Assembly (NCBI GenBank): GCA_965235115.1
Contig: OZ249436.1
Location: 32,118,001 to 32,182,000 of the forward strand
Direction: 5' to 3'
Length of the DNA stretch: 64,000 bases
DNA from: Laetmonice hystrix
Lineage: Eukaryota
The notes under the pieces were generated by a model. The model did not search any database and was not told the DNA's origin. It worked only from the letters and a program-made list of their open reading frames with translations. Below are positions 11,916 to 24,705 of the stretch, one piece after another (position 1 is the stretch's first letter; every line of letters starts with the position of its first letter). The translations under genes and the position numbers were made by a program.

Positions 11916-12777
11916 TATATCGGGTGGATAAAAAAAACGCCCCGAACTTTAAACTTCAATATTTCAAAAAGTAATGATTGTAATTCAATGAAATTTTTCT
12001 TCATATCACTTCATGATGTTGTCTCTTAGTTGTTAATGTTACAAGTCAAAAGTTTGGATAATATTTCCGTGGGGCTAAAAACAAAAATCATTGTACAAAA
12101 GCGCAATGCCGGGCTAAAGCGACGTGTAGTCGCACCCAGAGTGCCTGGCCTCACACTCGAGTAGGTGGTCAATCGGTCCCCCGTTTTCACTTCATACTGC
12201 TCTCAGTCTCTTTTTCCATGAGCCAATGCACTTCCTGATCTCTGATAGGGAAATATCTTCCCAACATTGGGAAATATGCAACGTTCTGAATGTGTTGCTA
12301 AACGTGATAATGATACGATTTCCCTTGAACTTCTGGTTACAGTCATATCGTCCTAATGTTGCAGTTTCTCTGTAGGGTTTGGCACATTAGACATCTGTTT
12401 TTCTCTAGAAGTACTAGGAATAGCACATAATTTATTATATCTAGTGGTCCACAACATTATACATATTGTAAAACATGCAAAAACTAAATATTGAAAATAT
12501 TTTTACCCAAGGTACAACGCGGTGCATCAAACAGGTATCAAATTGGACACCTGGCAGCTGCATGATATTTGACCTAATTCCGGCATTGCGTTTTTAGACA
12601 CTGATTTTTGTTTTTAGCGCCACGGGATTAATATCAAAACTATTGACCTGACACTGTAACATACCAGAGATAATATCATGAAGTGATATTAAGCGAAATT
12701 TTATTGAATTATAATGCATAGTTTTTGAAATATTAAAGTTTAAAGTTCGGGGCGTTTTTTTTTATCCACCCGATATA
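11916..12777. mobile_element. Tc1/mariner-type MITE with ~200-bp imperfect TIRs
   Basis: tatatcgggtggataaaaaaaacgccccgaactttaaact... mirrored by ...agtttaaagttcggggcgtttttttttatccacccgatata; inner arms also match (gcgcaatgccgg / ccggcattgcg); TA flanks. Confidence 0.85.
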
Positions 12778-14122
12778 AGCCCCTTATTTAGGCCTATACG
12801 TTTTCCAGTATCGAAATGCATGAGGACAAAGCGGACTTGGGTCAATATATATGCCTATCAATGCATGTGTGTCGATATAATTTTGATCAGGAAGAGCATT
12901 ACATTTTTAAAATATCACTGCAGTCATGATTATGACCTTCGGGAGCGGATCCATGATTTTGAAGGGGGGGGGGGGGGGTCACACAAGGAAGGATGGCAAA
13001 GAAGGCGATGCCTCAAAGTATTTTCATACCAGTGCTTGTAAAATATAGAACAGGCCTATACTCCTGATCCACAATAATGCATAGCCTACATGGAATCATG
13101 CATGCAAAACATTGTATAGAATGACCCCTTAGAATACTATGATATCACGGCATGTGCATGGCGTTTTAAAAAGTCCTATAGGTTTGAGAAATCTGCACTC
13201 TAAATTTGTGTGCCTTCACATCTGTGCACGCACGGAGTTGTGGTGTCGCGTGGTCCAACACGTTTCCCCCCGATGCACTCGAAAGGTTTTATCAGATGAA
13301 GAGTCGCTAAGTAGGCTTATGAGGCTGCCATCGTGTCCATACCCTGAACACCTTGTTCCTGTCTGGTTCACGGAATAGGCCTATTTATCAAGCATGCATG
13401 CAAGCAGACGACGATTTTCCATAGACTGAGCAGGGAATCATGATCATTAATTGCATGCACCCTGTGATTCAAAATGCAGATTATATATAGGGGGTCAATA
13501 TTAATGCAGGCTTAGAAAATGTAGAGAAGTCTATACTTACTGTCTATATAAATCTTTAGATGTGACGTACATTGTATAGCCACCATAGGGCGTACCCGGC
13601 GTACGCCCCCCCTCCCCCATTTGGCTTATTTTTTCATATTTAGGCGTGAGAACCGGGGGGGGGGGGGCAAGGGGGAGGCAATATATAGTCCCCCCCATTA
13701 TTTGCCATGCAGTCATATTCTATTAACAGAGATGCGCTATAACACTAAGTACTGCCAGAAGACCCATGCAGATTCAGCTATATAGTCTATATAGGGGCCC
13801 GGGGGGGGGGGGGGGGGTCCGGTACGGGCAATTCAGAAAGGTCTATGGAGAAAATTGCATGGTTGCGAAGGAGGTTCGAACTCCCGAAATTATAGGCGTC
13901 AAAATATCCAGATGAAATGATGTGCCAAATATAATTATGACATTGGGATCAAAAATGTTCTCTCTCTCTCTGCCCCCTCCCCCCCCATCTCTCTCTCGTT
14001 GAACCTGACCGTCGAGAAGACTGTGCGAAATGAATAGGGCCTAAAGGGGCTCACCTTTTTGACCTGATAAGTTAAAAGTTTAAATCATGCATGCATGCAG
14101 TCGGCTATATATAGGCATAGCA

Positions 14123-14455
14123 CAGGCGCGGATCAGGGGGTTCGGATCCCCCCTGCTCGGGACCAACTTATAGGTTGTTGTAATATGTTATCGGGAAAGG
14201 GCCCCAGGCCCCCGGCGGCTCGCACCTTCTGGACCCCCTTCCCCCTGCACAAATTCCTGGATCCGCGCCTGCCATGCACTGGCGGATCCGGGGGGGGGGG
14301 GGGGGTCAGGGGGTTTAAACCCCCCTCAGAGCCACCAATTATAAGCGCTATACACTGGACCCCGGGCGTCCTGTTAGGGCTCCCTCGCTTCGAACTCGGC
14401 ACTGTTGGCGTCTCTGTAACCCCCCCCCCCTGGAAAAAACCTAGATCCGCCCCTG
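14123..14455. mobile_element. Two adjacent short hAT-like non-autonomous elements
   Basis: caggcgcggatc...gatccgcgcctg (14123-14271) and cactggcggatc...gatccgcccctg (14277-14455), with poly-G/poly-C tracts; TSDs not clear. Confidence 0.55.
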
Positions 14456-14543
14456 AACCCATGTGCTTTTTCAACACCTCAATCGTTCTGCCCCCCCCCC
14501 TAGAGTGAATAACCAATTAGGCCTAAATAGTAAAGGCCTATAA

Positions 14544-15380
14544 GGGGCAGACCATTTAATAGCTGGGGGGGGGGGGGGGGTATGGGGTAAAGTTTGTTTG
14601 CCAAGTTTACCCCAAAAAATAGTTTGCTCTCTAATGTGTGTGAAAAAAAAAGTTTGTTTAGCAATGTGTGTGAAAAAATAGATTGTTGACAGGCAGCAGA
14701 TATTTACAAAAAATCTGCCCGATACTGCTAAAAAAAATTGAAAGAAGTCTATTATAAAAGTATACTTCATGGTTCAAAGCTGAGTACAGTACAATCATAT
14801 TCCTAAGGCTGTGTTAGAGACGTTAGATTTTCTTCAACCTCTGTCATAGGCGCCGGAACCGGGGGGGGGGTAGGGGGGCCTGTTGCCCCCCCCCCCCAGC
14901 TCAAAAGCTGGGGGCAAGCATAGATCTATATAGTCCCCCCCCCCAGCTCCAAGGTGGCAGGAGATGGTCAGACCATCAGAGGGCCGAGATTTTATTCCCA
15001 GATGCCAGGGAAAAGTGTATTTGGCACTTTAATTTTCAAATTTTTCTGGGGGAGGGCCCCCAGAGCCCCCGCTCGAGACTTCGCGCCTTCGATGCTCTTA
15101 TCACCAGCATTTTAAACTACTAGGCCTATATGATTTGGTCCCCTCCCCCCACCATCTTCTGGCGCCTATGTCTGTGGAACAGAACGGGATAACATAGGGC
15201 TAATGGTTGCTGCAGAATTATTTCCTCGAAAAAAAAGTTTGTCTCTGCCACGTCGGGGAAAAAAATTGTTTGTTTTAATTAGGGCTAAAAAAAAGAAGTT
15301 TTTTGTTGGAAGCAGAAAAAAAAAAGTTTGGTCAGAAGGAACAACCATACCCTCCCCCCAGCTATTAAATGGTCTGCCCC
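14544..15380. mobile_element. PIF/Harbinger-like MITE with TAA target duplication
   Basis: TIR ggggcagaccatttaatagctggggg / cccccagctattaaatggtctgcccc; TAA at 14541-14543 and 15381-15383. Confidence 0.8.
14845..15170. mobile_element. hAT-like element nested in the preceding MITE
   Basis: TIR cataggcgcc / ggcgcctatg; 5-bp direct repeat TCTGT at 14840-14844 and 15171-15175. Confidence 0.7.
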
Positions 15381-15589
15381 TAATAGGCTTCTGCCTAGGC
15401 TATAGGCCTATAATAATATAATAACTAGGCCTAGGCTAATTGAACTCTCTGGAATTCTATTAGGCCTGAGCTCAAGCCTATAAACTAAAGCCTGCATGGC
15501 TAAGAGACTATTATAGTGAGATGCGTGCTGTGCCCTGTAAAAAGTGCGTCAAGCCCATGCCACCCGCGGGTCCACCCTTTCTGTGATCG

Positions 15590-15790
15590 CGAAACACCCA
15601 CCTGTCACGCCCGAGTAACTTTCCCCCACACATGATGACTCGCCTGCTGCACAACCGCTTGCAACATCGCTGAGTGCCTTTCGAATTCACCCCTTCATGG
15701 ACTTTTCGCGGGCTACCAGTCCCGCCGACCAATCACAAAAACGAATTTCATGTGACGTCACTCACAAGTGTGTACTCGGCACGCCCACCT
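15590..15790 (+). promoter_or_regulatory. Klf9/13 proximal promoter: CCAAT, full CRE and KLF/Sp boxes
   Basis: CCAAT 15729, TGACGTCA 15753-15760, GTCACGCCC 15604, GCACGCCCAC 15779; CpG-rich and just upstream of an ATG-free leader. Confidence 0.6.
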
Positions 15791-16112
15791 AGCACACGAG
15801 GGTTAGTAGGTTAGCAGACTCCGTCGTGGTATACAGCACAAAATCAACGCTGCTACCACATCGCTAATATTTCGAGACAAGGATTTGAGGAGTAAAGATC
15901 GCACCTTCCCAGACTTCTCATCTACCAACAAGGTAGGGGTACGGAGAATCCTGCACCCGTTAAGCCCGTGGGAGATCGCGCCAACGTTTGTGTTGTGCGC
16001 TTTTTGCCGATCGCAGCTGAGAGCGAGTGTTGACCGCGTTGGAAGGACAAAGGGAGGGCGTGTGTCGGCTAGAGTGAATCAGACCACGTACCGCTAAAAC
16101 ACGAGGCCCAAA

Positions 16113-16644
16113 ATGACCCTTTACAACTACGATCATCGAGATGCCGATAGAGATTTGGCAGCTGAGTGTCTGCTTGCCATGTCAGAGCCAGTCGTACATT
16201 CCAGCCCCGAAATCAAGAAAGAACCCGGGAGCGTGGATGGTTGTCGCCCACCCGCGGATGACAGCAACAGCCCGCTCTACATGATCGCTCGCATCCTGAC
16301 AGATCTGAACAAAATCCGCCAAGCCCCCGTTGACGGCTACGATTACAATGGCATCGACATCAAACCTGTCGATCTGTCTTTCCGGGAAGAACTTGGTTAT
16401 GTGACCACGAACAGCACACCCACCAAACGGCGACGGTGTCGGAAACCGAAAGCGACCACGCCTACATTAGCCGCAGACGGGGCGATCATGGAGTCCGACG
16501 ACGATAGCCCCCCAACAAAGGGGCGGAGAATCTCCCGGGAGAGCTTGGCGTCCACTAAAAAAATCCACATGTGTAACTACATCGGATGCATGAAGGTGTA
16601 CGGGAAGAGTTCACATCTGAAGGCACATTTACGGACACATACAG
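16113..16644 (+). CDS. KLF9/13: Kruppel-like factor, Klf9/13/14/16 class, exon 1 (SID motif + zinc finger 1)
   Basis: AAECLLAMS Sin3-interaction motif; [12 protein letters not shown] block typical of KLF9/13; [27 protein letters not shown]|gtaatg. Confidence 0.93.
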
Positions 16645-19600
16645 GTAATGGCTCCAAATGTTTCATCAGTTTGGGGGAGTGGGCTGGCCTATGGGCCGCA
16701 TGGGTGGTGGTGGCTTCGCGAGCACGTGGTCGGAAGCCTTTGTTAGTCCAATCTGTCACACAGTCATGCCGATCGCCAAGCGCATGTATGTTTACCAAAC
16801 CTAGCATTTTGTAATGGCAAGAGGATGGGTTGTCGACATCCTTGAGATGTGGGCGTAAATAGAGTTCGGAACAAAGCGGATACTGTGATATTTTGGCGGC
16901 GTAGTTACATAGATAGGGGCGTAGGCTGGTAGAGGGGGAGGGGGTGTGGGTGGCTGCACCGTGTACCCACCATCCCACGGCCCGTGGTGTTGCAATCTGT
17001 TGGAAGGCGGGGGACCACGTGTTCGCGGGGGTTGCAATGCGTTGATTCGGGGCCCAAGCGTGGATGGGTGTTTGGGTTTTTTTTCTGACTCATATTACAT
17101 GGGTTTATAATGTATCCATGTCGGATCGGGTTGCCAGTAAAACTTGTTGCCGTGTTTAACCAACCTTAGTTCAGTGTTGTGCGGACAGGCACTAACAAAG
17201 AAAAGAGCGGGGAACACTTACTGTTGACCTCTGACCTGGTGCAGTCCCCGCATGTAAATTTGATCGGGCAGCTGCCACTCGGTGTGCTGCAGTGTAGACC
17301 TAGTTATAGATGATGCGTGCACTAGGTCACACTAAACCTCAAATGTTAGGATCAGTCTGAACAAACTTAGGAAGTTAGCTGTGCCTCCATAAAGTTTCTG
17401 TGTATGGAGATTCGGCGTGTATCATCAGATGGGGGTGGGGTCAGGATATCCTATTGTCATATTGAGGGGGCGTGTCAAAGATGAAACTTTAATTATTTTT
17501 TCAGGCTGAAACTGAAAGGGTGTGATATGAAAAATGCGACAGAACTGCATTACATAATAACAGCTGACGATTTTGACTTTATGCCTGTCACAGACTTTGT
17601 CAAAGTGTCAGGCTAAGGATATGGGGCCCAAAGGTCTTTGTCCTCTTCTGACGGTGTCAGGGCTTTGTCCCTCCAAACTCCACGTGGTTCAGCACTTAAA
17701 ATAAACAGTACAGTTTATCACGACAGGGTTATGAGTGGCTGACTTGGTGAGCTGATTTGAAAATTAAACTAAAAAAAAAAGTTTCATCGTGTTTGATGAC
17801 GGTACAGGTTTAAAATGAGAAAACTTTGGTATTAAAATTTTTGGGGTGTTACGAATATTTGAACATGGTGACAGGTTGTGTGTGAAAGATAAGAGTTTCT
17901 AACGTCGGCCACACCCACTCCAGGCATCATACTTTTCTCGAATAAATTTAAGTATATTGCATGGTGGTAAGAAACAATACTTTTCTACATATGCATGACT
18001 AAATCAACTTCTGCTACTTCTGGATATTTTTCTTTATTCGCACTTTTGTGGTCGATCGGATGTCAGGTAGATGACACAGTTTTGGGCTTGGATTGATTTC
18101 TTTGGTTAAAACCACACTGAGATCAGATTCCTTTTTGTCCAGTTCTTTTTTCTTTTCTTTTTTATAGAATCAGTGCTTCCTGATTAGATCAATGCCTGAT
18201 TCATTGTACCTGAGTTTTTTTTCTCTCCAAATGATCGGGTTGGTAAGCACATACCAGAAGGCAGCAGAGTCCGTTGCAGCAACAGGCAGATTCCTTTGTC
18301 AACCTGCCGCCGCAGCCGCCGCCCACAATGGTGCACACCTGTATGCTAATGAGCAGTTGGGTGTACTTCAGCGCTGTCTTTGTGCACGTGTCTGTCGTGG
18401 ACGGGGGTCGGTCGGTCGGAGACACCCACCAGGGCCGCCAGACCCAGCCAAACACTGCCGCCAACAACCATCATAGAAATGACAGATTTTCTACTTCACT
18501 GATGTCTCTATGACCAGCACAGACAAGCCAAACGCTTGCAAGGGTGATTGTTGTTACTGCTTACAGCGATGGAGTTGCCCTCCCTGTAGTGTGGGTGCAC
18601 TCACTAAATAAAAAAATTCATTGTCATGTGAATGCATTCCACTTACCCATTGTCTTTGGGACATATGGAGTCACTGGAGAAAGACAATGGCGTTTGAAGC
18701 CTTGCCTCCTGGCAACATGACGTCAGGTTAATGTCCAAACTGCAGACCAATAACTGGCATTAAAATAGAATGGTGGAGCTTTCATCTATTGGGTGAATAT
18801 TAACTTGTTTTGATAAAGACACGGCATCAGATCCTAGATTTTGATGAGTGAATATAGGTGTTAATGCATCTTCTTGATTCATGAAAGCAATGTATCATAA
18901 AGTACCTGGTGTCACAGCAATCATACCGAATATTATTGTCGGTTTTTTGAGGGTGGAGTGAGAGCTACGTGACTGAGGGTGTGAGCACCCAGCTCCACTG
19001 CAGCAATCCAGGCTGGTCAGGGTTACAGCCAGAGTTAATGACTACAGCGACACTCGGCGGCACTTCTGAGAATCATATCGTTAGGCGTGTCAGGTACCAC
19101 GCCCACATCCAACATCAAGTGTTGACGGACTGGGAGCCAAACATTGGCGCTGCAAGTCTGGGGCCAGGGACAACTTTATTAGTGCTGCACACTTTGTTAC
19201 ATCTTTTTCTTGAGAAACTAAAATTACCTGAAAAGATGGCAGAATAATCATAGAGAATAGCATGTTTGAAATCGGCTAAGAAAGCGACTGGACTATTATC
19301 CCGTAACACCATATTCATTCACGTCTCAGCTGAAAAGCTAAAGGCCAAAGTAAGTTGTTGGTCTGTTTCTTACCAGGATAAATCAAGTCTAACTACTATT
19401 ACAGTTCTGAAGCCTGGCCTTGTAGTCAGACTAAATATTGGTGGTATTCAACAGCCAGTATATAAACAGGGGCGTGGGTGCTCATATGACCATGGTTGTA
19501 GTGGGCTGGTGGCGGGAAAGGCTGGGGGTGGGGGGAGGGGCAGCCAGTCAGCCAACCCTCGCATCTTAAAGGACGAGTCTCATGTGGCCGGCCGGCACCA

Positions 19601-22600
19601 GACATGCTTCTAAAACTGTTAGTAGGTGAGTCTGCCTCCACTGCATCCGACCTCCCATGGTATTCGCCCCAGACTCGTCATTCTAAAGTCAGACGTGGTG
19701 AGTGCTTATAAAGGATCAGTCTGTCATCATCTGTCAGTTAGCCAGTCCTGACATGCAACTTAAAGGAGGAGTCTGACACACCTTTTAATACAATCCTGTG
19801 ATGGAGACAGTTTGGTATAAAATGCCTTCCTAGTGAAGTACCGTGCAACTTGTAGTTTCTGTTTCCAAAAAGTTTGTATTGTTTTCATGGAAAACTTCAA
19901 TTTAGCAGAACTTTATAAATATTTGAATTGCGAATTGTGGCCACGTATTTTTAGAACTGTCGCTTGGACTAAGGACGTATTATGCTGTCTCCTGCATATG
20001 GATGAATGGCTTGGCAGGTGGAGTGAAAGGACCGGGTGTGACAGGATGGCCTCGCCGACCTGCCATAAATACAGCCCATCCCTCATTGAGCAAAATAAAT
20101 CATGTGGAAAACTTCCACGTAGACCTGTTCACTGAGACACAGTCGGATGGCTGAGAGGCGTTGGGTGACCGAGGACCAGCAACTTGTAGTTGCACCAGGT
20201 ACTGCATTAATTGCAGAGCGGCACCTGTTGCGCATTAGTAGCGCTCGTTTCATTAATCATGATAAATGTATTGGTACGAAGTTAAGTACTGTGTACATTA
20301 CCTTCAGAATGACTTTGTCAACAGTTACAAGTCGTTCAGTTGAGGATAGGTTTTGATGTCTGGACGGACTCGATTTGAAGTCCCTGATAATATAAGTGTC
20401 TGTCGGTTGTTGCCAGCTTTAGTGGCACTGGCGGCCAGGGAAATTAAACGATGGCTTAATCTTTTTGGGTAAGTAGGACTAAGGTAAGGGTTCCGGCAGA
20501 TCAAGACATTACCAGATATAGAAAAGAAGCCGGATATATTTGGCAACTGGTGGATGATATTACATCCCCTGATATATTCCCTGCCCTTATCGTGAGCACT
20601 TTCCTCACCGCCTCCCTTCCTCATAATTCTTCCTGGAATATGTTCAGCCCCTAGAGACAGGCCGGGGAAGTGGGAGGCCCCGGTACAGGGAAGGCGGTTT
20701 GAACCCCCCCCCCCCCCCCACGGGTCTCCGTCCCGCCAGACGGGGCGGGCGGGCAGGCGGGACGGAATGAACAGCCCTGCTTTGAAACTTGAGCTGCAGC
20801 TGGTGCCAGTCAGTTGTGACTGTCCGAGATTGGTCGGGTGGCTGTGTTGTGACACACAAAACCTACCCTCACCAGCCCAGCTCCCTCAGTGAAACCAACG
20901 AGACTAGGTGAAACTACCGCCCTAGCACTTGATGACTAATGACAGGAGATGGGGGCTTTATAGGGCAATACGTACAGATTTCTTACAGACAAACGCCATA
21001 TATCACCCATTATTGTGCTCATTTGAAGGTCATACCAGATGGTCCTGTCTGGGTAGGTTCATTGAGAGAGCTTGTTGCTCAAATCAAGGAGTTTAGTTTG
21101 TCAAAGCTTGAAGCAGTGCTTGCTGATGTCAGACTCAAGAGATGATCGTAAGGGGATTGAGGTGGAACATGACCAGCAGGCCTGGCTACAGACTTCCTAC
21201 TCAAGTTGCTGCGCCCTGCCATATTTAGCAAGACACTGCTAACATCATTAACACACAAGTGGCAAGGATGCAGAGTTGAAGTTTCAGGGTTTTGTTTAAG
21301 GAGGTACACCGTAGTATCACGAGACATTTAACCATCCAACGCAGATTTTGCAAGGAGTTACGTCTGCGTTGTTCTAGGCATGAATGAAATCCCCCGACTC
21401 CTCAGTCCTGAGTATTTGAGGTCATCCGATCCATGCTGACCCACTTGCTGGGAATGTTGCAATACTAGGTAAATGGAAAATGATGTCATGGACATGGCTT
21501 ATTGCATAGGACATGTAAAAAAAGTTCTGTGAAAAAGTTTTATACATTGATTCATCTGAAGTTGACCAATATTCTGATTGCACAAACGCATTACTTTAAA
21601 GTATGTGTGGCTTGTTTTGTCAAGTTAACACTTTCAGTTGAACTACCGCTCTAAATTTGCAATATACTTAGAGTAATTCAGGATACAAAGTACAGTGGTT
21701 TGAATGTTGAACTTTCTAGGAGACTTAAAAGAAAACGAGCAGGTAGTCGATGCTGCCCTCATAATAGTTCCTCTTTCCGCATTGAAGTTGAACTGTTGTG
21801 ACTGCGATGAAATGAGTTCCCTGCACCCCCGGAAAGATTTGTAGCAGGGTGACCTGGCAGTCTCCTGCCTGATGTAAGCCACATGAAAGAACCCAGGGCC
21901 ATCTGACCGGCTCATGTGCCAAAAATAGATCTGATGCCGCACAACAGCTTAGGAAGATGGATTTCTTTGGCTGTACCGGTTTTGCCTTTAGGAACTGTTG
22001 AGTGAAGTTCAAAAGGTACGACTTGATAAAACATTGAAAGTGATTATGACAGAGGTATTATCAGTGCTTAATCAATGATGGGCAATCTGGCTTGACATAA
22101 ATTTCTTCAAATGAGAACAGCTGTTAACAAAACGGTTTTGCTCTTTCCTGTCATCCATTTCTTTTGATACTCGACTGCTCAGATATAGAAAGGCGTAATT
22201 AAACTATTTAAGACACTTAGGATTACGCTAGGCAACTGGGGCGTATCAAACTAGTTTTAAAAGCACAGAAAGACAACGGAACTGCTGCAAACATTTCTTT
22301 CTCATTCTTGAAAAGGCATTATTAAACATTTTCGAAAGGAATTCAAGTATTTTTCATTGAAAAACTTACAATTAAAAGTGTATTATTACATTGCTTGAAG
22401 TTGAAGCATGTATATTTACCTTTGTCTGTCAATGAAAATTGGACAAGCAAAAGTAAAAAGTTGGTCCACAGCGCCGCACCAGACAGGTTCTGGCAGGTCC
22501 CTTAAGATATATCTTTTTCTTTGAGGGTGTCTTGTTGAGGTGTTTGGTGTTTACTAAGTTCACTCATGGTGTTGAGCGTGGTGGCGCTGTAGATCTGTGT

Positions 22601-24130
22601 AGGTGGCTGTGCTCCCCCCCCCCCCTCCCAGGGTGTCAGTTTGCAGGTTTCTGGCTGCTGCCTCCGTCTGAGTCTGATGGGCCATATTTAGGGTGCCACC
22701 CTCCAGCCGTCCGGGTCTCTCCTAGATACACCCGGCAGTGGATCCCAAGGCATTCTAACCATGGCACTGGAAATGTGGAAAAAAAAATGGCACATGTTTG
22801 CTAGGCGACAACTAAACAACTCGTAGAGAACTCGTTGTCTACATCATGTAATAGGTGAATGAGGCTGGTGGCGCGAAGGTGGTCTGAACTGGCCTAGTGT
22901 GGGCGGCCGCTGACCTTTGCCTGGAGCTGGGGGAGGGTTAAATAGCTTGGGGAGGGGGGGGGGGGACTTCTGAAGTGGAAAGATTACTTGACCATCATGG
23001 TGGTGAAGAAGCGGAGGAAATGAATGCTTTCTGGAAACCAGGAGGTTTTTTTCGGTTTATTTGGAAAAGCTATTGATTCAAAAATAGTGTGCAAATTATC
23101 AAGCATTCAGGTAAATATTTTGTCTTTAAACTGATAGGGTTTCAATGATGAAACAAGGAATTCTACAGAAGGTACACCGGTATCTTGGAAGTACTGTTCT
23201 CCAAGGACGTACCTACCAGCGGAGTAACCTATGTGGATTTTTTCTGCGTGTTGTGAAGCTCTTGAGCTACATCACATATATGTATATTCACAGTAAGCCA
23301 CCTGTTTTATCGCGAGTATCAAGACATGATGAAAATATCACCATGGAAAAATCAATTGACAGTGGCTAATGTTAGTAGTCAGCATCTATAAATAGAGTGA
23401 GATTGCTTGGTGTGGATGACTGGTACTGGATAATGGATTTGTCAGCCAAAGTTGTAGCAGAAGGACGGTTGGATTCTAAGTTTCATGGTCTGAATTGATA
23501 TCAGGGTTAAAAAATAAAAAGGACAAAGGGGGAAAGAAGTAGGAAAAGAGTACTAAAAGAGAGCGAGTCTACAGGTGGTAAGGTGGGAACCCATACAGTA
23601 TTGATCGAGTACAGGTACCTGAATTCAAATCACAGCAAACTGCTATCAGTTCTAAATATATTAAGGAAGACAGATATTATAAAAATCAACTTAAATTTGT
23701 GTTCTCATGTCTGGTCGAGGTCAAGCAAGTGAGTTTGGTCCTAGTAATGAGGCCGCTTTCGTCGAGTGTGAGAATATAAGTGGATTCACCCTCAGACAGT
23801 GAAGTGGGTGTGGCACTTCGCCCCTGCTGAATACATTACCACAGAGCGGCGGTGGTAGGTGGGGAGGCGCACTTGCCGCCAACACCTACTCGCCCTGGCT
23901 TTTTGTCAAGAGAAGGGTTCGGAACAGATACTCTGTCATACTCAGTGATCGTGAGGCTTTAGGAAAGTGTGTATTCAATTGCAATTCAATCTAAGTACAA
24001 TGTAGATTGCAACTTAAAAACAAAACGAATGATTTACAAAGTGTGATTTCTGGAACATGCAGAAGAAATGAATACAATTTATTTGTACTGGTGTTAAAGT
24101 CTGACCGTTTATATTTTCGCACTGTTACAG

Positions 24131-24220
24131 GGGAACGCCCATTCCCATGCACGTGGTCGGAGTGTGGGAAGAGGTTTGCACGATCAGACGAGCTGGCACG
24201 GCACTTCAGAACACACACAG
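24131..24220 (+). CDS. KLF9/13: Klf9/13 exon 2 (zinc finger 2)
   Basis: ttac[33 protein letters not shown]|gtgagt; 90 nt, phase 1-1. Confidence 0.95.
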
Positions 24221-24454
24221 GTGAGTTACTCTCTGGCTTGACACCCTTTAGTCAACACTTCCATATGGTAACATTAATGGCAGTTGGTGCTATTTTTAGG
24301 AATTCAGAGAGAAAAAACAAACCGTCAGCTTTATATGGTAATTGTATCATAATATTTCAGGTATTGGCAGATGAGAAAACATTAAAACCTTCATTATCTG
24401 ATGTAAGTTTTATATGATCCTAAACTCAATTATTTTTCTTTAATCATTGTCCAG

Positions 24455-24705
24455 GGGAGAAACGATTCTGCTGCCCAATCTGTAACAAACGCTTCATGCG
24501 ATCTGACCACCTCAACAAACACGCACGGCGCCATCCAGAATTTGACGTCGCCATGTTGAAGCGCGGCCAGAACCAAAAACCTGCATCGCTCAGCGACGGC
24601 ATGTCCCACGCATCCAGTCCATCACCCACACCAACGTCAAGCATGAGTCCCACGCCAACAGAGTCCTCCATGATGTTCCCAATGTCACTCGCTTTGTCGC
24701 CATGA
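24455..24705 (+). CDS. KLF9/13: Klf9/13 exon 3 (zinc finger 3 + S/P-rich tail)
   Basis: gtcc[37 protein letters not shown]...LALSP*; total 873 nt = 290 aa + stop. Confidence 0.95.

Noticed and set aside
13860..13890. tRNA-like T-arm (minus strand GGGAGTTCGAACCTCC...CCA)
   Set aside because: No D-arm, anticodon arm or acceptor-stem partner; at most a SINE fragment.
16645..16814. Read-through extension of KLF exon 1 (also ORF-track extensions at 4832-4876 and 24007-24130)
   Set aside because: Intronic; canonical splice sites restore the TGERP/TGEKR linkers and conserved frames.
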